The notes beneath the pieces are model-generated. The model had not been told where the DNA came from, did no database searches, and saw only the letters and a list, made by a program, of their open reading frames with translations. A stretch of 63,717 nt of DNA, filler included, from Conidiobolus incongruus B7586 (Eukaryota), in the NCBI GenBank assembly GCA_000697335.1. It is 10 parts of 10 records of this genome, joined end to end, with 100 filler letters (N's around TTAATTAATTAA, not from the genome) between each part and the next. Parts side by side here need not be neighbours in the genome. Positions count along the whole stretch, not along the records: positions 1 to 8,624 come from JNEM01000207.1; positions 8,725 to 16,043 come from JNEM01000208.1; 8 more parts are not named here. One strand, given 5' to 3'. Of this stretch, positions 1 through 14,029 are shown piece by piece; the stretch's first letter is position 1, and the number at the start of each line of letters is the position of its first letter. The position numbers and the translations under genes are program-made.

Positions 1-2116
1 ATTATTTATTTATTTTATTTTAATTTTTAATATCAAAATTAAAAGTTTTTAAACAATTTAAGTTAATTATTATATATTATTTTTGAAAAAAAATATTTAT
101 TTTATAAAACTTTAATTATTGATAAAATTATTGAAATTATAATTATTGAATAAATCATAATATAATTATTTATTATTTATAGAAATTATCATTTAAAAAT
201 GATAAATTTTTATTAATATTTCTCAGATTATTTATTTTCCAAATATTAATTATTTTCAAATAAATACTGAATTTAACATAAAAAAATAATATCAAGTTAA
301 CTTATTAATTATTATATATTTAATATATAATCTATATTAAAAACTATAGAAATACACTACCCTGGTTATGGAAACAAGAATAATTATATTGAGCTAAGCT
401 TGAGTGTTAATAGTTTATAATATTTTTTATAGTTTATATTTAGTATTATTTAATTATAAATTATAAAACTTTTAGTCTAATTTTCTTAAGGTAAAAAAAT
501 ATGGTATTATCCCTTTATGAATTAGGATAAAAGTTGATAAGTTTAAGGTGAAATAGGATAATAGGTATAATATATATTAATTATAGATAAATTATAGATA
601 AATTAAAATAAAAATACAAAAGTATAAGGAATAAATTGATAGGAACATAACAGAAAATAAATTAAAATTAAAGTTAAAATTAATTATTATTTTCATTGCT
701 ATAAATTAGTTAAATGATATATTGATAATAAATGTAAATTGAATTCAATAATATATTATTAATCATTTAAATATAATATACATATTTAGTTATATTTTAT
801 ATATCAATATTAAAGCTAATTTAGCCTTGAAATAATGAAATTACTCAATCTTAAAAGCTATATAATGGCTAAGAAACTCAACATTATCTTTTAGAGCAGA
901 TTTTTATTTTATTTAAATTAAGAAAAAATATTGATCATCAATGGGAAAAGTATATGAAATATTAAAATTTATTTCATTTTTAAAATTTAATTTTATAGAT
1001 TTTCAAGGTTCTCAAAATAATGCTTAATTAATAATTAAATTATCTTAGATATTGAAATTATATTTTAAAATGAGATTTAAGTTTCTTTGATCAGTTATTA
1101 TAAACAACTAAATTATATATCTAATGTAACCAATAATGGATCTAATTGATTAATATAATGAGAATTGCCAAATTATAAAGAATCATATACTCACCTTTGC
1201 AACATTAGAAAGGTTGAATTACATGAGAAATTTGTTAACTTTTTCACCAACTGAGCAAAATCGATATCAAATCTGAATTAATTCGCAGTATTATTTCTTT
1301 TATAAATTTGTAAACAATAAAAATTGTTAATAATTACTGCAATCAAATTATTTATACAGCCTGAATTGCTAATAATGTATTTTTTTCTATTAAAAAAATA
1401 TATAAATCAATTAACTCATATCCGAATGTATATTGGTAAAATATTGAATGCTATATATAACAAAAATATTCATCATTAGTTTAAGCTACCAAAAAAGCAA
1501 GGATGATAATTCAGCTTTAATAAAGTTATTAAGGTAATTATAATAAAAAATCTTAAAAATATCATTTATAAAATTTATATTAGATCAATGCAGATTAAAT
1601 TTGAAAAATATTTTCCCATACATTAAAAAATTAATACACTAGTTTATATCAGCCATTGATGAATTGGTGATTTGATAATTTGACAATTGTTAAATCAATT
1701 TACTTGTTCAATATCATTTATCACTAAAAAAGGTCAATTTTATATTTACATTTTCCTCTACGATTTAAAATGAATAAATTTTTCATATGTAGCATATGGT
1801 GTTTGAATATTGATGGTATGATAATAGTACTATATCATATATTTGTCCACACTGAGCTATGCATTACATGATTAAAGCAAAACTATGGTTCAATTTATTC
1901 TGAAATTTACGTATATATAATTATCAAAATTAGAATGAATAACTTGTATTTAGCGAATATTAGATTTATTTGAATCATCAAAATTATTTGAAATAAGAAC
2001 CAAAAATCAAGAACCTGTTCATTAAATTGAAAATTATTAATAGAACTGCAACTGAATAAATAAAAATATCTGAATTTGCTCATTATCCAATTGATTACAT
2101 TGATAATTTTTCCACT

Positions 2117-3660
2117 ATGATTTTAGTTATATTTTGATTTACCAATGGTTTATTCAATTAATGAATCAATTCTTGGTCTTATTCAATATGTATTTCTAGA
2201 AATAACAAACTATATGTCCATGATTCTGCAATGGAAAATATCCATAATGTGATCATATTAATTTTCCAATTCAAATACTGTTTCCTCAAATATATTATTG
2301 CCCATCTTTTGGTAGTCTAATTTCCTAATATCTCAACTAATTACCCTCTTCAGTTCCTTATCGTGCACCTTAAGATGACAATAGTAATAAAGATGAATTA
2401 TGGATTCATAGAAGTCAAATCTTCTCATCTTTAAATTCCAACTCTGTTACAGAAAATCAATGGAGCAGTATACTGCTTATCGACAAAATAAACTGCGATT
2501 CAAGGTGGACTAATGTTCCAATGTATACTATTTAAAAGGCTGTCTTTCACTGACCATTGCTGCTATCAAAAATAGTACTGCACTTTATGTTCTAAGGGAA
2601 TGGATATATTCCTCTAGATTTCAATTACCCAGATTATTCAGTTCTTTTTTAAACTTGACTTTGGAAAAAAGAATGGAGTGATATAAAACACTAAGTGCAA
2701 ATTACTTGGACTGGTATTCTATAAAACTATTTCTTTTGGTTATCTCTACTTACTAATTGTCTAGTATTAATAACATATATTACAGTACGATGAGCTTTTA
2801 TAACACTAATGCACGCTAGATTATTTTCTGAGTTTTGAGGATATGATATATTAAATAAATAGTAGGAAAAATTTGCTATTATTGAAATATTAAAGAGAAT
2901 TTAGCACCTAAAAAGTTTAATATATATAATCTCTGCTAATTTTTATAATAATAAAGTTTATATTTGAAAAGGCAAAAAACAAAAATATTCATGATAGTGG
3001 AGGTAAAATTGAGCTAATTTAATCTTTTAGACCATGATGAATGGACAGTGAGTTCTCTCATATTAAAGAATAATGAACAAATGAATCTCGAATTATATGA
3101 GCATGATTCGTGTATTTTGAATAATCAGTTAAAATTTGCTCAAGGTAGGTTTAAAACTTATAGTAGAACTACTTAATCTATTATATTATATGTGAGTATG
3201 AATTTATATAATCTAACTCAAAAAACTTCGGTTATTGTTCCAATGAATTATCAATTGAAATCTGATTTTAATGTAGTTGGAACATATAATACAATGGCTT
3301 AAGCTTCATCGAAGTTGCCACAATATACTATTAACATAATTTCAGTAGTTAGGGTTTTATTGCAGTATTCATTGGTTATTTTATTTATAGAAGCTTGAAG
3401 CAAAATTGAACTAATGCATCATCAAGTAATGAATATATAAATTAAAGATCCAAAGAATATCAGCTGAACCAATCCCAATCCAACCTCAAAGAAAAACCCA
3501 TCTCTTGATCCTTATATTTTGACAGGCTTAACTTAAATCCAATCAAGTTTACCAATGGATTCACAGTTTAGTGTTAACTCAAACAAGACAAAAATAATGA
3601 ATTTACCTCACTTCCATCATGAGGTGAATATAAAGAATAGTCAGCTCACATCAATTATTT
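2117..3660 (+). pseudogene. Decayed paralog of the kelch-repeat membrane protein gene at 6290-7931
   Basis: Collinear nucleotide similarity to 6290-7931 over its whole length: atgtatttctagaaataacaaactatatgtccatgattctgca vs atgtatttataaaaacaataaactctacgtttatgacttcgca; atggatatattcctct vs ttggtatattcctcc; atgaatttacctcacttccatcatgaggtg vs atgaatttacctcacttccaacacgaagtg. The intron donor is kept at the equivalent position (3145). Many stops and frameshifts; ORF 3555-3758 is its C-terminal remnant. Boundaries approximate. Confidence 0.88.
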
Positions 3661-3958
3661 TAGCTCAATCCGTTGAAAGATCTACTAAATTCATTTATTC
3701 AATTTATTATTCAAGATTTTATATAATATTTATAATTATTATAATAATACCTAATTAATTAGTAATTTTCTTATAAATATTTCTTTTTATTTAAAATAAT
3801 ATTTAAAAAATTTTATTAACTATATTTTTATCTTATTAGATTATTTATATTATTTTATTAATCTATTAAAATTAAATTATAATTATTATTTGTAAACTTA
3901 ATTTACTATTAAAGTCTTATATTTAATGATTAAGTTCACAATTATGATAATATCTAGT

Positions 3959-3985
3959 TATATATATATATATATATATATATAT
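3959..3985. repeat. (TA)n microsatellite
   Basis: Uninterrupted TA run; a similar run lies at 44217-44234. Confidence 0.9.
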
Positions 3986-6289
3986 GAATATGTATAGTAC
4001 AATGGGTAAGATATGATTTCAGCGATTATTTTACTTTTATATATAGTTCTTCGCAAAATGAATAACAATTTTCCATTTAATCTTTGATATAATAAAAGAT
4101 ATTTTTTCCGATCCTTTTTATATTTTAAAGAGGCTATAATATATTAAATTTAAGATATAATATTGACTGTAGGTTGAATAAATGATATATATAAATATGT
4201 GAAACCACCTAGTATTAGTGAATTATAATTGAAAAATAATATATATTGACTGATATTCTAGAAGGAATTATAAATAATATTTAAAATCATCAAGTGTTAA
4301 TATATTCGGTATAATCTCGTTTAATTTAAAATGGTTTCTCATTACAATTATTCATTTGATTTTGACCACTATATCATATTAGGATATATTATCTTTTATT
4401 TTAATTTACAATTTTAATTTTAAATGTAATTACAAAACTAATAAATATTCAATTAATTAATTAATTCATATTTAAATAATATGGACATATTTTTCTAAGT
4501 TTTAATATCAATTTATAAAATTCTATCATTATACTTTAATAATATAATCAAACTAGTACATCCATTAATAATAAATTAAAAACTAAATATCTCGTACATT
4601 ATATCAGAAAAATGAAAATATTTAACAAATAGTGTAAGTAGACTATGCCAAATACTTGAAATATTTAGTTATTATTACAAAAAATCAACTTACAAATTCT
4701 AAGAATAGCTTTTATATGGACACCCATGATAATATAAAAATAAAGTTTAATATAACACTTTTAAATTAAAGATATCTCAATAAATGACTAACAAAATGTC
4801 TGAAATGATATAATTGAATAAAAATAATATTTCTATAGATTGGTTTAATTATTGAATTTTTGAACATTTTCACTAATTACATAATTTATTTTGTAAATAT
4901 AAAATAATATTATATTTAAAGCAATTAATATTAAAGATTAGACTGTTGTAAAATATTGCCAAACTACATGATTCATTAATACCAAATTTTAATTATATAC
5001 TGTAACCAACAACAGAAGAGATCCACACTGTTATCTTGAAATTCATTTATTTTATATCTATCAACTAACCATCACGAAAAATTCCAATCCTAATCAAGTT
5101 TAATATATCAAATACAAGCCAATAAATTACCCTATTCACTTATTTGTATTTCGTTAAAATCCAAGAAAACTAAATAATTGGATAGCATTATCAATATTAA
5201 TCAATTATTTAATTGCTGTGAATATATTTTTTATATAATAAACATATATATTGTTTAAAATTAAAAATAACGAAAAATCTATAAAAATTAATATTACAGA
5301 AGTATGAAATCAATATTCAAAAAATAATTGAATACTATCATATATCTAATAACTTTTCTTCAAACTATAAATTATAATCGAATCCTTTGTATTCTTATTA
5401 TGAACTAGTATTTTCAATTCTAAAATATATTATCAATACAATAAACTGGGGTAAAATTCGAGCGAGATCCATTTTGATGTCATGAGTATATTATGAAAAA
5501 AAGAATTTATCCATATTTATTGTTTAATAACAAACTACAATTTTGTTAAATTATTATTTAAAGAGATAGTCTTATTTAAAAATTAATATTCATATATTGT
5601 GTGAAATGACAATATAAATGTTATATGATAGTGATTAGACAATAATGAAAAAAATTATTTTATACCTATTTATACTATTTATACTATTTATGGTATCAAG
5701 ATAGTTTATAATTTACATAATTCAGTAAAAAGATCGTCACCTTCAGAATATATTACATTGAGAAACTGATAAAACTTACATTAAAGAATAGTTGTATTTA
5801 AACCTATTGTTAATAAAAAATTAATGAATTATTAGATATCGAAAATGTATTTCCCTGGTGCTTACATTGGAGTTTTTATTTTCAATTTGACGGTATTATC
5901 AACCATGTTTCGGATAAATTTAATCAGTGATGAAAAAGTATTTCATTCAAAAGATATTGCACAACCTGATGCTTTTGTATTATAATATGATTCATTAATA
6001 TTTAATTCAATATAAATTAAGAATAATACTTTATTATCTTTTTCAGTATTAAATTATTAAAAAGTGTTAGGTAATTTATTATAAACCTCTTAATCTAATT
6101 ATGAATCACATTATTTAATTCATAAAATACTAAAACAAACACTCCTTATTAACAAATTAATCTTACTTGGTAAACCTGTTTATTTTGAATAGAGACAAAA
6201 ATCAAATTGAGGATAAGGTACAAATAACTATAAAAGCCATTTTAAAGAAGATAATGAACTGATTTTTTAAATCTTACCGTAATGAAGTT

Positions 6290-7931
6290 ATGCCGATTAT
6301 AATATTATTTCTCATTCAGTGCTTGTATGCTACTTCTGGCTTAAATTGGCCATTCACTACATGTATTTATAAAAACAATAAACTCTACGTTTATGACTTC
6401 GCATATTGGAATGCAACTAATCCAGTGGTAACTGTGTATGATTTGAAAGATGGTCCTCTAAGTTATATTAACGGCAATGCGTCAATCTTTCAATTAACCA
6501 ATATCCCACAAACTTATACCCCTCAATTTCTTCAACTTCCACCTGGAATTGGTGATAACAAGCAGGATGAATTCTGGATGATAGGAGGCCAGAACGCCTC
6601 TGTCATCAACGATAAACTCATCACAGAAATGGAGTGGACAAGCCGACTATCAATCGGTCAAAGAGACTTAAAATATGACACCAGTTTGATCCCTATCCCC
6701 CAATTTGCCAACTTTTCTAAAACTTATTTTACTCAAACTATCGTGTCTAGTAAAAATGAAACCTCTCTTTATATACTTGGTGGATTGGTATATTCCTCCG
6801 AACTGAGAGAGGCTGCTATCTCCAATTTGTTCTACAAGTATGATTTTGGCACCAAAAAGTGGAGCGATTTGAGTCATACTACAAAAGGAAAACTTCCTCC
6901 AGTTGCTGCACACAAGACTGTAGCTGTTGACGATCGATACTTGATAGTTATGGGCGGTATGTCGTCTAAAATACCTGGAGCTCAATCCGAATTTGTGTCA
7001 TCATCAAAGAATGTCACTCTTAATCCACTTGGCAGAGTATGGCGATACGATACATTGACTCAGAAATGGGATAATATTAGTATTAAAACTGCCAAAGACA
7101 ATATTGCTGCGATTGATACTGGTCTCTATGGATTTTCAGCAAATACTTATAACGGCAAGATATATGTCTATGGAGGTTCGTTTTGGAACGAGGATGAAAA
7201 TTGGATTCTACCATATTTAGGAATATTGGATTATAAAAACTTTAGCTGGGATTGGTATTTATTCACCAATGAAACCGGTGATATAGTGAATCTTGGATTA
7301 AACCTTCACGATTCTTTTATTTTGCACGATCAATTGGTAATCGTACATGGTAAATTAACATAACTCTATTAATTCCAATAATTATAAATTTACAATTATA
7401 GGTGATGCTTTTCAAGAGTACTCAAATCAAATCTTTGCAATTGATTTAACCAAAATCGAATTCAAAACGGATTTAAATGTATCTGGAAATTTTAGCGATA
7501 AAGAATCAGCCAAGAGCTCGTCTGGATTACCTCTATATGCTATCATAATCATTGTAGTTATTTGTGTCTTAATTGCATCAGTTGCTGGTTATTTCTTATA
7601 CAGAAGATATAAACGCAAATCCACTTCAGATGCACCATCCCATGATAATTTGTCAACCACGCAAAAAATGCAAGAAGTATGGTCCTCACCAACTACTCAC
7701 ACAACAAACAGACTGAACTCTAAAAACGATCCCAACGTTCATCTATACGCCTTATCAGATCAATCTTCTAAGCCATCGAGTTCGCCCATGGGATCACAAC
7801 AGAACACTGATAACTCTAATACTCAAATACTCATGAATTTACCTCACTTCCAACACGAAGTGGATATGGGAGACAATCAAACTATAAATGACAAGTCTCA
7901 AATCCCCAAAAATCCAGCTTCAAATGGTTAA
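6290..7931 (+). CDS. Kelch/galactose-oxidase-like beta-propeller type I membrane protein (~529 aa; exons 6290-7349, 7402-7931)
   Basis: Signal peptide MPIIILFLIQCLYA; kelch blades (LYILGG..YKYDFGTKKW, LIVMGG..WRYDTLTQKW, IYVYGG). A 52-nt GT-AG intron (7350-7401) joins the frame into TM helix LPLYAIIIIVVICVLIASVAGYFLY-RRYKRK and the cytosolic tail (ORF 7650-7931). Confidence 0.9.
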
Positions 7932-8624
7932 TTAATAATAATAATAATAATGTAATAAAATGAATTCTATTTATTATAAACTAATAATAATGTTTTTCAC
8001 TCTATTATATTTAATTTAAATTGATTTATAAAATTCAAAATATAAAAATAATTAATTATAATAATTTAATTATTTTATAATATATTAATTTTTAATTGAA
8101 AAGAAACTAAATTTTAATAATTTTTTATATAAAAGCAAAAGGTTTTAAATTATTAGTTTTCCTAAATAATATTGATTGATTCTTTATAAGTTAATATTAT
8201 TAATTTGCTAAATTATTATTAATATTAAGGGTATTAGATAGGAATAATTAATTTTTTTGATTTATTACTTATTAAGTTATTTTCCCAATTATTGAAATTA
8301 CTAATATATTCGTTATATTGAACAGCCATTTTATATTTCTTTTTTAATTTTAATATATAAATCTTTAAATTATTTAAACCTGAGTACTTTTCTTTTAAAC
8401 TATATTTTTTGCTTTATTATTAAAATTATTACCTATCAATATTCAATTTTTTATTATAATATATTTAATTTCATTTACTTACCTAACCCTTGATAAATTT
8501 ATAAATATATAAAACACTAGATTTAATTTTTTTCAATAAATTTAATCTTATATTTAGAAATTACACTATTTATTTGATATTAATAATTATATATAAATGT
8601 GTGTAATTTTAATATATAATATAA

Positions 8625-8724
8625 NNNNNNNNNNNNNNNNNNNNNNNNNNNNNNNNNNNNNNNNNNNNTTAATTAATTAANNNNNNNNNNNNNNNNNNNN
8701 NNNNNNNNNNNNNNNNNNNNNNNN
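8625..8724. other. Artificial contig spacer N44-TTAATTAATTAA-N44
   Basis: Identical 100-bp spacer with stops in all six frames, present nine times in the window. Confidence 0.98.
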
Positions 8725-8860
8725 TTTTTTCATATAATTTATAAAGACTTATTATTTTACATAAAATTATAAAATATATACATTTAAAATTATAAAAAAT
8801 TTCCTAATTAAAAAAAATTGAAAAAACTACCATATTTAATATATTTTTAAATTATCATTT

Positions 8861-9020
8861 ATATGATTATAATTACTTTAAATAATTAAAAAACTAGCTT
8901 ATAAGAAAAAGAATTTCTATAGGAAAATTTAATTAGTTTATAAAACATAAAATTTTTGATTTTAATAAAAAAAATTTTTAATTATTAAAAGTCTATTAAA
9001 ACTAAAGCTAAAAGTTATTA
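8861..9020 (+). repeat. Dispersed repeat family B, copy 1 (AT-degraded)
   Basis: aattaaaaaactagcttataagaaaaagaatttctataggaaaattttaattagtttataaaa aligns to the reverse complement of ~57585-57752 (aattaaaaaaccagcttgcaaaaaggaaagttcctaaaagaaaatttaattaatctataaaa). Confidence 0.7.
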
Positions 9021-9240
9021 ATAATAAAAGAAACTATTAAATTAATATTTATATTTATTTTTATATATCATATATCAAAATGTTTATTTGTTTTTAATCA
9101 CAAAAAATTCTTATTATTTATATTAAGAGAGTAATTCTTTAAATTCTTATATATATTTCTATATAATTCAATTAACTATAAATTATATGATTAATTTATT
9201 TTTTTATAGCTAAATTAATTATATAAATATCATTGAATTA

Positions 9241-9522
9241 TCTAATAAACAAGGTTCTTTTTTTTCCTCTCAATTCTTACTATTTTTTATCTTCTACACT
9301 ATTCTTAAGATTGAAACTATATTTTATCAATATTATAGTATATTAACACTACCTAATATAAATCTTAAATATATCAGTGACTCATCTTAGTTTGAAGCTT
9401 AATTAAACTTTGTTTATATTTGCACACTACATCCCACACTACTCTACCATATTCTGTACCACACTACTTTTATATTAAGTCTTCCTCTACACTATATTGG
9501 TTTAACTACCACTACACTTATA
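9241..9522 (-). repeat. Dispersed repeat family A, copy 1 (less mutated; possibly solo-LTR-like)
   Basis: Reverse complement aligns over ~270 nt to 15779-16043. Minus strand reads TGTAGTGGTAG from 9516 with internal GTAGT units; LTR identity is inference only. Confidence 0.8.
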
Positions 9523-10473
9523 ATTTAAAATATAAAGCAATAGTATATAAATTAATTATATATTTTGTGGATTGAAATTTCAAATAAATATAAGATTGAA
9601 AAATAATAATAATATTTTATTTCAATAATATATTAATTAGTATAATATGAATTCTATAGTCATTCTTAAAATAATATAATTAATATAGCTTAATTCATTG
9701 GAAATTTATTTTAATTTTATTATAAAGGTATACTTGTAATTCTTGGTATCATACGAATTTAATATACTAAATATATTTCTTTAATCAGACTAGATTTGAT
9801 ACTAAAAACTAAATATCGAATCAGGATTTATGAAAATAAATGTATCTATAATAGAATAATAATAAGCTATGGAATAAATAATTAATAACATTTCAATACA
9901 ATAAAAACTTTTTGACAGGTTTAGATCAACAGCAAACTTCATTTCAAAATAACAATTTAACAGTTATCATTGTTATTATCAATTAAAATATTTATAATAA
10001 AAAATATATATTAATTTTTATAAATAATTAGAGAATTTTAATATTGATTATATAAAAATAGTGTATTACTTTTTTATTTATTCAAACTAATATGAAAGTG
10101 AATTTTAAAATTTAATAATAAAATTATCAATATTATTTCCAAACAAATATAATAAATCACTGGTTCTTTAATAATCTTATTCTCACCAACTAATTCAAAG
10201 TTATTTTTAAGAATAATTGTTTTCTCAAGGTATTAATGAGGTTGAAAGAGGGTCTAAAATGATAAATTCGGGGTAAAAAGTCCACAAGTACTAAGAAGAT
10301 GTTACTGGGAATAATCCATATTTATAAGTTTAATTTTAATGAAAATTATAATATAAGAATAAAAAAATAAGATTTTATTAGAATAGTTTTGATCTAAGAG
10401 AAATGATTAATTTATTTTACAAAATTTTGATGTAATTATTAATTAAATATTATTGTTGTCGGTATCTCTATTA

Positions 10474-12151
10474 TTATTTGTTATCATTTTCTTTCTCGTG
10501 GTGATCCACTTGGTCATGATCTCGTAGGGTTGCAGTACTATAATTAGCCAACAAACCATGGTTGGAGTCAACATGAGTTCCAGTAATCGTGCTAATAAAC
10601 CCAGGTGGCATAGGGCGATCCAGTACGAGCTTTGGTCTCAATGAAGTTTGATCAATGGACCATCTTCTGAAAGGAATATCCGGGCTGTCCAAATGCTTGA
10701 GGTCTTCGGCGGAGTCTTGGGTAAGGCTCAGGTAGCTGTTCATAGGTTGGCTGAGGGTAAAGATGGTGGAGTAATTGAGTTTTAATGAGAGATTGTCGGA
10801 CGTGACCCATTCTAAATTGGATGCTGAAGGTAATAAATGATCGAGAGTAGTAGCGGTTTGCTGTTGGTTGCGGGTTTTGCGACGAAGGCGGTAGATGTAG
10901 AGGAGGAGGAATATTATGAGAAGGAATAGTGCTACTCCAATTGGGGCATAGATCCAAGTTTTATGGGTTGAATCTGGACCTAATGTCGAGGAAGAATGAG
11001 GGGAAATAGTAGTTTTATCTGGAACAAATGTGTTTTGAATGATCCAGCTGCTTGTATTCAAAACAATCATATTGGCATCTCTTGGAGATGGTAAAGTACC
11101 TGGTAAAGGTGATGTACATGCTCCAAATGTTAGAATCAATTGGTCATTCACGATAGAGTCTGCATGCCAAGCTCTCCCGATTTTGGTGGTAGAATGATCA
11201 GGAAGTTTTGGAAAGATTGGGGTGCAGGTAAAATTATTGAGGTCTAAAGAGTACATGTCGTCATATACTAACATGTTAGTATCATTCATGTTATTCGTAC
11301 CCCCTATAATTATCAGCTGATCATTTATTTTAGTTGCTGAAAACCCTATTCTAGGATGAGATGGACAATTGACGAGCGTATTCTTAGTCCATTTCTTATG
11401 TATAATATCAAATTTATACATTGTGTCAAAGTCCACCTCCTTGAGTGATTGATCATCATCATTAGGTATACCACCACCCAACAATACCAAATACTCATCA
11501 TCAATATTATTCAGAGTATGATATGCCAAATTTGGAACATTATACTGAACAGCAATATTAGTCATATCTTCCCACTTATTAGTATCCCCATTGAAGAAAT
11601 AAAAATAGCCATTATTATTAATAGTGTTATTATTGATATTATACCCTCCAAATACCCAAATATCACCCTTTTTAGTACTTTCAATACTGTGACCCAGTCG
11701 TGACCCCGGCCCTCCCTTACTAAGCACCGTATTCGGAATAATATTGGACAGGTCTTTCACTGTGTAAAAACTAGCATCGTCAGAACCATCAATATTCGGT
11801 GTATACAAGGTCATTTCCCACTGCTTGAGCATCGAATCCCTCCCATTCGCAAATGAAAACAGCGTCACTTCAAAATTCTGTGGAAATGCACTACTGTAAA
11901 TTTGTTTGTAAGGTATTAAAGATACGTTAGACTGCAGTGTCAAATTAAATAGCCAAAGGTATTGAGAATCAGTTAGAGATATACCCTCGTAAGCGTACAG
12001 TGTATCTTCAAAGAATATGGAACTACTCTGGAGCTTGCGCTTCTTCGTATGTGCTATATTTTTTAAAGCTGGGATATCTAACATATTACTGGGAGATAAT
12101 TAGTGGAGATTTTAAATATTGAGATTATAATTACCTAAGCCTTGTATTCAT
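10474..12151 (-). CDS. Kelch-repeat single-pass membrane protein (~543 aa; probable short exon 12151-12135, main exon 12088-10474)
   Basis: Kelch blades (RLGHS..IWVFGG, LAYHT..LVLLGG..YKFDIIHKKW, RIGFS..LIIIGG, RAWHA..LILTFG); TM WIYAPIGVALFLLIIFLLLYIY-RLRRK. A 46-nt intron 12134-12089 (GTAATT..CTAAT..CAG) keeps frame. 5' end uncertain; no intact signal peptide. Confidence 0.85.
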
Positions 12152-14029
12152 TATGATATATATTAATTAACTATCAAAGTTAACAAAAATCAATAAATAA
12201 AAATACAATAATATATTTTAATAAATAATAATAAAATGATATAAATTATAAATTATAAATTTAAAAAACCGAATAATTCATATCAATCATTTACAATAGA
12301 AATGATAAATTAAATTGAATTTATAAAAATTGATTGATTTGAGAGGTTTGATTTAATTTGTTATCATTTATTTTTAGAATTTTCGCCTAACTTAGAATTA
12401 ATTGATTTCAGAATTTGTTAATAACCAAAGCATTTTACTCTATTAGGTATAGAGAAAAAATGGTTCAGAGTTATTATTTGAATTGGGTTAGCCTAATTTC
12501 TGAAACTTTTTATTAAGTATTTTATGATTCGATTAATTGTATGGGATTTGTCCAGACCTTGAAGGGTATTTAATGAGAGTTGGAGGTGATAGATATTACA
12601 TTAACATCTAAAAACAAGTATTAAATATTGCCTAATGTAAACAATCTGATATGAGCCATTACATCTTTGCCATTTAACCACTCCTTAAATACAATTTGCA
12701 GAATTTACTAAAGCTATTGCTGGTTTTAGATTTTTTACTTTAATGTAGTTTGAGAGAGTTTAGAAAAAATAATGTGAATGTATGTAACGAATGTTTATAT
12801 AATTATAAAATTTAAAAAAAATAATATATAACTATAACATTATTATTTGTATTAAAATACTATAAATGACAGAATAATAACTTTATCAAAATTAACCATA
12901 AAAAATGAAAAATATTTCGCGTAAATATTTATTGACTAGTGGAATTGTGTTCGTGTGAAAATGTTTACCCTGAAATTGAATTATTTGAAATTAATAAATT
13001 CATAAAGCTTAAAAAATTCACAAAGATTTAATTTTACAACAAAATAATTATCAATATATCTATATAATACTAAATTATATACATTTTTTGTTTTATTCTT
13101 CATCTCAATTTATTGTTATTATTTATTTATAAATGTTCATTCAACTTTATCTTTCCAAGACATAATGTAACTCAGGTTAAACAAATTATGCAAGTAACAT
13201 CCGATGATTACCAAATGTAACTCAATTGATCATGTGATATCAATTAAATTTCAATTATAATCGATTAATACTGTTGTCTACTAATTTAATGGTCATATTT
13301 CTCTAGTCAGTTCAAAAATAATTTAAAAATACAAAATTTTAATCAAAAAATTATTAATATAATAATTTCAATTATACAAAAACAGTTGAATTATTTTAAT
13401 TATAATATATTTTATTCCTCAAGAATTAATACACTGATATAGGTTTAATATCAGATTTAAGTTTGTTCTATAATTGAAAGAGAAAAATTTTAATTGTTAA
13501 AAATATATTAGAATATAGAATTAATAATATGATTATACATTGATAATAAATTATAAAACTAAATATTTGAAAAGCTTGAAATAACTCAATATTACTTGTC
13601 AGTTTTTATAATTGATATATTTTGAGATCCAAGAATGTTTAAATTTAGTTAAAATATAAATAATTGATATTAGTAATTAAAATGATTATTGTTCTAATCA
13701 TGGAATAAATTGATTACTATCAATTATAATGAAAAATCTATTATTGTTTAGTTAAAAGAATATTTAATCAGTTGTAATTATTAAATACTGATAGATTCAT
13801 GATCTTACTATATAAATGCATATCATAAGTTGAATATCAACTGAAATATATTAACCAACTTTAAATTATTTCAAATTTACAAAATATATTGATTTTTCAG
13901 ATATAAATTTAGTATATTATATTTACCAAAACCCAGTTTTGTATTATAATATAAATGATTATATCTTTTACTGATTTTGTATAATATATAAATACAATCA
14001 TTTCGATTTTATGGCAGATCAGAAAATTG

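Noticed and set aside
8669..8680. TTAATTAATTAA recurring every 3-8 kb as a biological repeat or CRISPR-like array
   Set aside because: Always centred in exactly 44+44 Ns; it is an assembly spacer with six-frame stops.
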